Part shown: in pieces, positions 46,775 to 53,238 of the stretch | Layout of the letters: every line of letters begins with the position of its first letter | How positions within the stretch are numbered: the stretch's first letter is position 1 | Origin: an uncultured Candidatus Peribacteria bacterium | GTDB taxonomy: Bacteria; Patescibacteriota; Gracilibacteria; Peribacterales; Peribacteraceae | Direction: 5' to 3' | Length of the DNA stretch: 57,052 bases | Assembly (NCBI GenBank): GCA_964373065.1 | Contig: CAYJSJ010000004.1 | Coordinates: 1 to 57,052, forward strand | The notes under the pieces: generated by a model | Seen by the model: the letters and a program-made list of their open reading frames with translations, nothing else | Told to the model about the DNA's origin: nothing | Database searches by the model: none | Translations under genes and position numbers: made by a program

Positions 46775-47866
46775 ATGCTATCGCTGATTCTTCCCACCTA
46801 CAACGAAGCCGAGAACCTCCCCGAGCTTCTGCCGAAGATAGAGGTGATGCTGAAAAATCTTCCGCATGAGATCATCATCGTGGATGACGACAGTCCGGAT
46901 GAAACATGGAGAGTGGCGCAGGAGTTGGCGATCGGTTTCGTCGACGTGCACGTCATCCGCAGGGTGGGACGCAGAGGTCTTTCTTCCGCGGTCATGGAAG
47001 GATTTCTGTCTGCTAAAGGAAGCGTGTTTGCCGTCATGGATGCCGACGGGCAGCACGATGCTCATTTGTTGCCGAAGCTCTATGAACGCGTGCTCGGAGG
47101 TGCGGGGATCGCCGTCGGATCACGGTATGTCGAAGGAGGGGGCGTAGGAGAGTGGGATGAGCGGAGACATCGTATGAGCAGGGTCGCGACGGCATTAGCC
47201 ATTCGCCTCTGCAAGGTAAAGATTAACGATCCCATGAGCGGGTTCTTTGCGATTCGTAGGGATCTTTTTCAGAATGTCGTTGCTTCGCTCAATCCCAAGG
47301 GCTTCAAAATATTACTCGATCTGCTTGTCCACATTCCGCGTGGAACGATCGTTGAAGAGTTGCCGTTTACATTTGCTTTTCGTATGCACGGTGAGAGCAA
47401 ACTTTTGCGGCTCGTGCAGATCGAATTCGTCGAATATCTCTACGATGTCACGTGCGGCCGGTTCGTCCCTCTCACCTTCATCAAGTACTGCATCGTCGGG
47501 GGGATCGGTGTCTTCGTCCACCTTGCGACGTACATGACAGCGTCGTCTCTCCTGCGCGAAGGAGGAGAGCTCTCGCTCTTCGGGTTCCGCGTCGCGGTGC
47601 TCATCGCCATCGAGGTCGCCATCCTCTTTAATTTCTCCCTCAATAACATCTGGACGTTCGCGCTCTCGAGGCTTTCCGGGCGGCAGATGATCGCGGGCTT
47701 TCTGAAGTACAATGTCGCGTGCCTCTTTGGAGCCATCGCGAATTACGCCGTCAGCTCGTATCTCTTTGCGCTGGGCTGGGTCGATCTTCTCGCCGTGATC
47801 ACAGGGGCGGCTACCGGCATGATCTGGAACTATACGATGAGCAGGATCGTTGCTTGGAAGGACTAG
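46775..47866 (+). CDS. Fusion: GT2 polyprenyl-phosphate hexosyltransferase (DPM1/Ppm1-like) + C-terminal GtrA-like 4-TM module
   Basis: 363 aa. Motifs: ILPTYNEAENL, IIIVDDDSPDET, VMDADGQHD. The C-terminus reads IKYCIVGGIGVFVHL...IWNYTMSRIVAW. Confidence 0.88.
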   Translation: MLSLILPTYNEAENLPELLPKIEVMLKNLPHEIIIVDDDSPDETWRVAQELAIGFVDVHVIRRVGRRGLSSAVMEGFLSAKGSVFAVMDADGQHDAHLLPKLYERVLGGAGIAVGSRYVEGGGVGEWDERRHRMSRVATALAIRLCKVKINDPMSGFFAIRRDLFQNVVASLNPKGFKILLDLLVHIPRGTIVEELPFTFAFRMHGESKLLRLVQIEFVEYLYDVTCGRFVPLTFIKYCIVGGIGVFVHLATYMTASSLLREGGELSLFGFRVAVLIAIEVAILFNFSLNNIWTFALSRLSGRQMIAGFLKYNVACLFGAIANYAVSSYLFALGWVDLLAVITGAATGMIWNYTMSRIVAWKD

Positions 47867-47869
47867 CTC

Positions 47870-47933
47870 AGCTTCGTTCTTGTCGGCCATAGCTCTGCCT
47901 GTCCGGCAGGCAGGTTTAGCGACGGCCGAAGCT
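47870..47933 (+). terminator. Extended compound stem-loop directly after the GT2-GtrA gene (terminator/attenuator or processing site)
   Basis: Outer stem AGCTTCG...CGGCC / GGCCG AAGCT. Inner stem CTGCCTG-TCCGG-CAGGCAG. No clear T-tract. Confidence 0.35.
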
Positions 47934-47968
47934 TCCTTCACCTCTGTGCTTTTAGTACACTGAATACT

Positions 47969-48274
47969 ATGGCGAAGAATCATCAGTTGCGCATTTTCTG
48001 GATGGTATGTTTCGTGTGTTTTCTTGTGCTTGCAAAGCAGATTTCTGTCGTGCTGCCGCTCTATACGGACGCGGCGTTCAGGCAGCGTACACGCGCGATT
48101 CTGCAAGCGACTGCTCTGCGAGAAGGATGGATGTTCTCTGGCCTCTCCATCCGCTCCATCAATCGCGATACGGCGATGCTGCACTATCGATCCTACATGC
48201 GCGGCAGCGATCCCGTTTCCTGCCATCTGATCTCGTTCTCTTCCGGTACGCTTTCTCCATGCCCCAGCGAGTAA
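47969..48274 (+). CDS. Small membrane-anchored hypothetical protein
   Basis: 101 aa with an N-terminal TM helix (IFWMVCFVCFLVLA). It looks more protein-like than the R/C/A-rich N-terminal extension of track ORF 48007..49488 in the overlapping frame. Confidence 0.45.
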   Translation: MAKNHQLRIFWMVCFVCFLVLAKQISVVLPLYTDAAFRQRTRAILQATALREGWMFSGLSIRSINRDTAMLHYRSYMRGSDPVSCHLISFSSGTLSPCPSE

Positions 48275-49488
48275 TATTCACGCTTCGGCACGTTCTTACT
48301 GCAGTGCTTCTGCAGGCGTTTGCCGTGCTTCTGGCGCTCTATCAAAACATCGGTTCCGTGCGGACGGATGAAGCGAAGTACCTCCTGAATATTCCGTACC
48401 CGCATCCGCCGCTTGCGCGGGCGGTGATCCATAGCCTCGAATGGATGCCCTATCAGGAACTTTTTTGGCGCGTCGTTTTTGCGTCGCTTCTGGTGCAGTC
48501 GGTGTGGCTTGTTGTTCGTCTCGCGAAAAATCTTTCTTCCGATTATCGGCTAGCACTGGCGGGCTTTTGGATCTTCTCCGCTTCCGTTCTGTTTCAATCG
48601 GGAACCATCATGATGGCTCCGCTGACTGCGTTGCAGGGGTTGGTGTTTGTCTGGTTGCTTACGGAATTGGCGACGCAGAGGAGAGATGGTTGTCGGTTGT
48701 CGGTTGTCGGTTGTTATGCGGACTGGATTCCACTCTTTTGGTTAGGGTCGCTCTTTACCGCCTACCAAGCGATTCTCTATCTGCCGATCGTTGTAGCGAT
48801 CGTTTGGCGTATGAACATGCGTCCCTTTATGAAAGGGCTTGTGGTATTCGTTCCGGTACTACTCCTCTCGCTGTACATTCTCGGCAACCCTCTCGCGATA
48901 TCCAGTTTCCTGAGCGCGGGCGGACAGAACGCGGCACTTTCGCCTGCTCTTCTCTTTACGCAGGTGCTTACCGCATGGCTTTTTTCCGGGAGCGTCGTCT
49001 TGAGCGTCGTCGGGGTTATGGGTATGTGGCGCTCCCGCAGTATCCCCTTACTGATCAGTACCGCGATGGTTGTTCTGTTTCTTGCTGTTTCGTACCGTTC
49101 ATACTATGCGATTCTCTTTCTTCCACTCCTCGTCGGCGGCGTGGCAGCTTCTCCGGTCATCTTGCGAAAATCCGCTACGCTCTTGGCAATGCAGATTGTT
49201 GCTGCGACTGCAATGTTTGCGCATGCGCATTTGGAATTTTCAGAGTCTTCCGCCCGCAAAGTGATGCGTGTACTCAATGCGCAGCCTGGGGAAGGCATCG
49301 TCCTCGTTTCCGGTACGTTTGGTCATGAATGGCAGTACGAGAGCACGTCTCCCATGTACCGCTACCGCTCAGCACTGCTCTCTAGAGCAAAAGCAGTGGT
49401 GTGCCTTGAGGCATGTCCGGAAGTTTCCGGATATGGTTTCTCTCCCATCGAAAAGATCTCGCAAGACGTGTGGGTACGGAGAGATTGA
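48259..49488 (+). CDS. GT-C fold membrane glycosyltransferase (PMT_2/ArnT-like, compact)
   Basis: Trimmed to the ATG at 48259 (MPQRVIF...). About 10 TM helices. The first loop reads RTDEAKYLLNIPYPHPPLARAV (DE...PPL pattern). Confidence 0.65.
   Translation: MPQRVIFTLRHVLTAVLLQAFAVLLALYQNIGSVRTDEAKYLLNIPYPHPPLARAVIHSLEWMPYQELFWRVVFASLLVQSVWLVVRLAKNLSSDYRLALAGFWIFSASVLFQSGTIMMAPLTALQGLVFVWLLTELATQRRDGCRLSVVGCYADWIPLFWLGSLFTAYQAILYLPIVVAIVWRMNMRPFMKGLVVFVPVLLLSLYILGNPLAISSFLSAGGQNAALSPALLFTQVLTAWLFSGSVVLSVVGVMGMWRSRSIPLLISTAMVVLFLAVSYRSYYAILFLPLLVGGVAASPVILRKSATLLAMQIVAATAMFAHAHLEFSESSARKVMRVLNAQPGEGIVLVSGTFGHEWQYESTSPMYRYRSALLSRAKAVVCLEACPEVSGYGFSPIEKISQDVWVRRD
48688..48715 (+). repeat. Heptanucleotide tandem repeat GGTTGTC x3 + GGTTGTT inside the GT-C coding sequence
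   Basis: Copies at 48688-48694, 48695-48701, 48702-48708 and 48709-48715. It encodes ...GCRLSVVGCY... in a predicted loop. Confidence 0.9.
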
Positions 49489-49671
49489 AGATTGAAAATT
49501 AAAAATTGAGAATTACGAAATCCATCGATCACACAAACAGAGTCGCGTTTAATTTTTGATCTACCTATCGCTTGATAGCTCCTAGGGGGAATCTTCAATT
49601 TTCAATTTCTTTTTAATTCGATTTGATAGCTCCTAGGGGGAATCTTCAATCTTCAATTTTCAATCTTCAAT
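49484..49671. repeat. Composite spacer: perfect 17-nt inverted repeat whose arms contain both convergent stop codons, plus a perfect 28-nt direct repeat (51-nt period) and CAATYTT micro-repeats
   Basis: ATTGAAGATTGAAAATT at 49484-49500 pairs with AATTTTCAATCTTCAAT at 49655-49671. TTGATAGCTCCTAGGGGGAATCTTCAAT occurs at 49572-49599 and 49623-49650. Confidence 0.9.
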
Positions 49672-50638
49672 TTCCTATCTGGTAGTACTTCTTATACCAT
49701 TCCACGAATTTCGGAACTCCCGTGTTGATTCGAGTTTTTGGATCATAGTTGAGCATCTTTTGTGCCTTTGAAATATCTGCAGCAGTCGATACCACGTCTC
49801 CTTGTTGCATGGGGAGGAATTCCTTTTTGCATTCCGTGCCGACTGCGCTTTCTACAGCACGAACGTAATCCATCAGTTCTTCGGTGTGCCCTGCTCCAAG
49901 ATTGAAGATCTCGCTTGCGTAGTTCTTGTCGATCGCCGCCATCACACCTTGCACGATATCATCGATGTACGTGAAGTCGCGCTGCATCTTCCCCTCGCCG
50001 AATATCTGCACGGGTTTTTTGTTGACGATCCAATCGGTAAAAAGAAAGATGGCCATATCGGGTCGGCCGTAGGGGCCATAGACGGTAAAGAAGCGAAGCC
50101 CGGTCGATTGCAGATCGTAGAGATCGTGATAGACGTGCGCTTGGAGCTCGTTCGCCTTCTTCGTCATGCCATAGAGCGAAACCTGCGCGTCGGTATTGGT
50201 CGTTTCTTTGGAAGGAAGATCGAGGCTGTTGCCGTAGACGGAGCTCGATGAAGCATAGATGAGTCCTTCGACTCCCCGCTCCCTGCAGAGCTCAAGGACA
50301 TTGCCGAACCCGATGACATTATCCTGCAAAAAAATGTGCGGATTCTCGATCGAGTGGCGTACGCCTGCTTGCGCTGCGAGGTGGCAGACGCGCGTGGGGG
50401 TGAGGGAGGTTCCCAGAAGGTCAAAAGCGGGGAGAAGATCTTTTTTCTTGCTGATGTCACCGCGCATGAGGGTGAAATTTTCATATTGTTCCAGCAGTGC
50501 ATTTCTGGCGAGCTTCAGTTTAGGATCGTAATATTCGTTGAAGTTATCGAAGCCGATCACATGATCCCCCCGCTCAAGCAGAGCTTTCGAGACATGGAAG
50601 CCGATGAAGCCCGCCGATCCTGTCAGAAGGATGTTCAT
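49667..50638 (-). CDS. UDP-glucuronate 4-epimerase-type extended SDR
   Basis: 323 aa. Motifs: ILLTGSAGFIGFH, FDNFNEYYDPKLK, YGMTKKANE, RFFTVYGPYGRPDMA. Confidence 0.88.
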   Translation of the reverse strand: MNILLTGSAGFIGFHVSKALLERGDHVIGFDNFNEYYDPKLKLARNALLEQYENFTLMRGDISKKKDLLPAFDLLGTSLTPTRVCHLAAQAGVRHSIENPHIFLQDNVIGFGNVLELCRERGVEGLIYASSSSVYGNSLDLPSKETTNTDAQVSLYGMTKKANELQAHVYHDLYDLQSTGLRFFTVYGPYGRPDMAIFLFTDWIVNKKPVQIFGEGKMQRDFTYIDDIVQGVMAAIDKNYASEIFNLGAGHTEELMDYVRAVESAVGTECKKEFLPMQQGDVVSTAADISKAQKMLNYDPKTRINTGVPKFVEWYKKYYQIGN

Positions 50639-50714
50639 AGTTACACAGACACAGAGTAGATACGATTGTTATCGGTGAATGACCCTGAGTGCCATCGAAG
50701 GGTGAGAAGGATGT

Positions 50715-52025
50715 TCATACAATGCCAATTCCATGATACGTAAGTCCTGCGTTGGTCACCTCTATTGGATCGTAAATATTCCTTCCGTCGAAGAGCGCAT
50801 TTCCTTTCATGACTGTTTTTAATTTCTTAAAATCCACTCCGCGAAACTCGTCCCATTCGGTCAGTACCATGACGGCATCTGCGTCTTTGGCTGCATCCAT
50901 CATGTTCGCTTTCCATTGGATATCTTTCCCCAGAAGCTTTCGAGCGTTCTCCATCGCGATCGGATCATGCGCCTGTACGGTGTGGCCGGCTTTGAGGAGC
51001 ATGGGGATCAGATCGAGGCTGGGAGCCTCGCGCATATCATCCGTTCGAGGTTTGAAGGCAAGTCCCCAGACCGCTACGATCGCCTTTTTCGGCAGCGCTT
51101 TGAGAAGTGCCTGGAAATACCGCATACGTTGGCGCTGATTGATTTCGTGCGTGGCTTCCACGAGGGGAAGAGGAACGCCAGTATGGCGACCTAAGGCGAT
51201 CAATGCCTTCACGTCTTTCGGGAAGCAGCTCCCGCCATAACCGATCCCTGCGTGCAGGAATCGCGGCCCGATGCGGTCGTCCATGCCCATGCCCCGTGCG
51301 ATATCGCGAATGTTCCCCCCCGTTGCTTCGCAGAGCTCGCTGAGCATATTGATGAACGAAATCTTGTTTGCGAGAAAGGCATTACTCGCGTACTTCACGA
51401 TCTCCGCACTCTCTCTGCTCATCCACACAATCGGTTTCGTCGTGCGCGTCAATGGCTTGTAGATTTCCTCCATCACTGCACGCGCTTCGGGATCACCATT
51501 GACGCCTACGACAATGCGGTCGGGTTGCATGGTGTCATGTACTGCATGGCCCTCGCGAAGGAATTCAGGATTACTCACCACCGGAATCACATATGACACC
51601 TTGCGATCTTTCAGTATTTTTGCAATCAGTGTTTCACACTGCTTGCCCGTGCCGACGGGAACGGTAGATTTGTTGACGAAGATACACTGATGATCGGCAA
51701 GCTTTGCAACGGACTCCGCGACGATGAAGACCGCTTTGAGATCGGAGGAGAAATCTTCGTTCGGGGGCGTGGCTACGGCAGAAATGACAACATCCGCTTT
51801 GGGGAGGGCATCTGCGAGAAGGGTGGTGAAGGTGAGGCGCCCTGCGGAGAGGTTTCGTTTCAAGAGTTCCGGAAGTTCCGGTTCGTACATCGGGCTTACG
51901 CCCCCTTGCAGCGTTCGGATTTTATCCGCATCTATGTCCACTCCCACTACCTCGTGGCCGAGTTCGGCGAAGCAGACCGCTGAAACGAGCCCTACGTAGC
52001 CGGTACCGATGACGACAAGCTTCAT
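50715..52025 (-). CDS. ugd: UDP-glucose 6-dehydrogenase
   Basis: 436 aa. Motifs: MKLVVIGTGYVGLVSAVCFAELGH, GYGGSCFPKDV, GLAFKPRTDDMREAP. Confidence 0.93.
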   Translation of the reverse strand: MKLVVIGTGYVGLVSAVCFAELGHEVVGVDIDADKIRTLQGGVSPMYEPELPELLKRNLSAGRLTFTTLLADALPKADVVISAVATPPNEDFSSDLKAVFIVAESVAKLADHQCIFVNKSTVPVGTGKQCETLIAKILKDRKVSYVIPVVSNPEFLREGHAVHDTMQPDRIVVGVNGDPEARAVMEEIYKPLTRTTKPIVWMSRESAEIVKYASNAFLANKISFINMLSELCEATGGNIRDIARGMGMDDRIGPRFLHAGIGYGGSCFPKDVKALIALGRHTGVPLPLVEATHEINQRQRMRYFQALLKALPKKAIVAVWGLAFKPRTDDMREAPSLDLIPMLLKAGHTVQAHDPIAMENARKLLGKDIQWKANMMDAAKDADAVMVLTEWDEFRGVDFKKLKTVMKGNALFDGRNIYDPIEVTNAGLTYHGIGIV

Positions 52026-52042
52026 GTTGAGAGAGTCTAGCA

Positions 52043-52120
52043 GAGGGGCTAGGGATCAGTAGTAAGGGATTAGGGATATTTTCAGGGAAACCCCAATCCC
52101 AAAATACTAGCCCCTCATCC
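52043..52120. repeat. Nested G-tract / C-tract inverted repeats in a divergent promoter; contains the reverse complement of the 18-mer found at 46702-46719
   Basis: AGGGGCTAG (52043-52051) pairs with CTAGCCCCT (52106-52114), and GGGATTAGGG (52065-52074) with CCCCAATCCC (52090-52099). CCCAAAATACTAGCCCCT is at 52097-52114. Confidence 0.9.
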
Positions 52121-52133
52121 CGTTTGCAGTACT

Positions 52134-53108
52134 ATGATAGCTATCATGAGTATTCTTGTAACCGGCTCCACCGCCTACGATGTCCTTCTGGGGTATGACG
52201 GTTCCTTCGCAGACGCCATCGACGCGGGTTCCCTCGACACACTTTCTGTGAGTTTCTTCTCGCCCCGTTTTGCGAAGCACCATGGCGGAACGGGCGCAAA
52301 TATTGCTTGGAATATAAAGCTGCTCGGTGGCGATCCGCTTCTTGTTTCCACTGTCGGTTCCGATGGAGCGGAGTATAAGGCGCTGCTTACGAAGCGCGGT
52401 ATCGATACTGCGTATCTGGAAGTATGCCCCGATGCCGTGACCGCGACGGCGATCATTTGTACCGATACGAGCGAACGGCAGATCGCGTTTTTCCACCCCG
52501 GAGCGGACGGCTTGGGGACGTTTCCGGATCTCACAGATCGCCGCAAAGAAATTTCTTACGCCATCGTTGCGCCCAGAAACGCACTCCTCATGATGGAAGC
52601 TGTACACCGGTGCGAGAAACTCTGCATCCCGTATCTCTTTGATCCAGGGCAACAGATCATCGCGCTGAGTAACGATGAACTGCTGTTTGGCATCCAGCAC
52701 GCTTCCGGCGTCATTACCAATTGCTACGAGTGGGAACTTCTGAGCGGGCGTCTCCATATGGCCGAAAGAGACGTTCTCGCGTTTGCATCCATGCTCATCG
52801 TAACGCGCGGCGAGCATGGAGCTCTGTGTCACACAAAGGATGGGACACTGGAAGTCGCCGCATGCAAAGCCAAGAAACTCATCAATCCCACCGGTGCGGG
52901 CGACGGCTTCCGCGCAGGGCTCCTGATGGGTATTGCAAGCGGCTGGAGCGTACGTGACGCCGTTCGTTTGGGGAATGCGGTGGGGTCCATGGTCGTCGAG
53001 ATCGAGGGAACGCTCCTCGACACGCTTGATCTGGAGGCGCTCCGAGCTCGGGCGGAGGAGACGTACGGAGAAAAATTACCATTATATAGTCAAAGCACTA
53101 AATCCTAA
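52134..53108 (+). CDS. PfkB-family carbohydrate/nucleoside kinase (adenosine-kinase-like by context)
   Basis: 324 aa. Motifs: GGTGANIAWN, NPTGAGDGFRAG (the PfkB C-terminal signature). Confidence 0.8.
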   Translation: MIAIMSILVTGSTAYDVLLGYDGSFADAIDAGSLDTLSVSFFSPRFAKHHGGTGANIAWNIKLLGGDPLLVSTVGSDGAEYKALLTKRGIDTAYLEVCPDAVTATAIICTDTSERQIAFFHPGADGLGTFPDLTDRRKEISYAIVAPRNALLMMEAVHRCEKLCIPYLFDPGQQIIALSNDELLFGIQHASGVITNCYEWELLSGRLHMAERDVLAFASMLIVTRGEHGALCHTKDGTLEVAACKAKKLINPTGAGDGFRAGLLMGIASGWSVRDAVRLGNAVGSMVVEIEGTLLDTLDLEALRARAEETYGEKLPLYSQSTKS

Positions 53109-53141
53109 ACATTAAATCCTAAACATTAAATCCTAAACAAA
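53100..53141. repeat. 14-nt tandem repeat AAATCCTAAACATT x3 (reverse complement contains TTAGGATTTA), beginning inside the kinase stop codon
   Basis: Copies at 53100-53113, 53114-53127 and 53128-53141 (the last ends AA). It is followed by TTGAGTT x2 (53164-53177) and the near-inverted GTTTAGAATTT. Confidence 0.9.
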
Positions 53142-53238
53142 TCCCAATACTCTATTTTGTACTTTGAGTTTTGAGTTTGTTTAGAATTTCGGGTTTCGTG
53201 CTTCGGATTTTTCACGAGTCCTGCTACTCTGCCGCAGC

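Noticed and set aside
48441-49328. 295-aa alternative-frame ORF inside the GT-C gene
   Set aside because: The translation is R/C-rich and lacks TM segments, whereas the 48259 frame encodes a regular polytopic membrane protein. It is noted only as the frame entered after a +1-copy repeat slip.
53100-53141. Possible CRISPR array (also considered for the 28-mer pair at 49572-49650)
   Set aside because: The repeats are contiguous or separated by related micro-repeats, not by unique spacers. The units are 14 nt (too short) or present only twice, and no cas genes are in the window.
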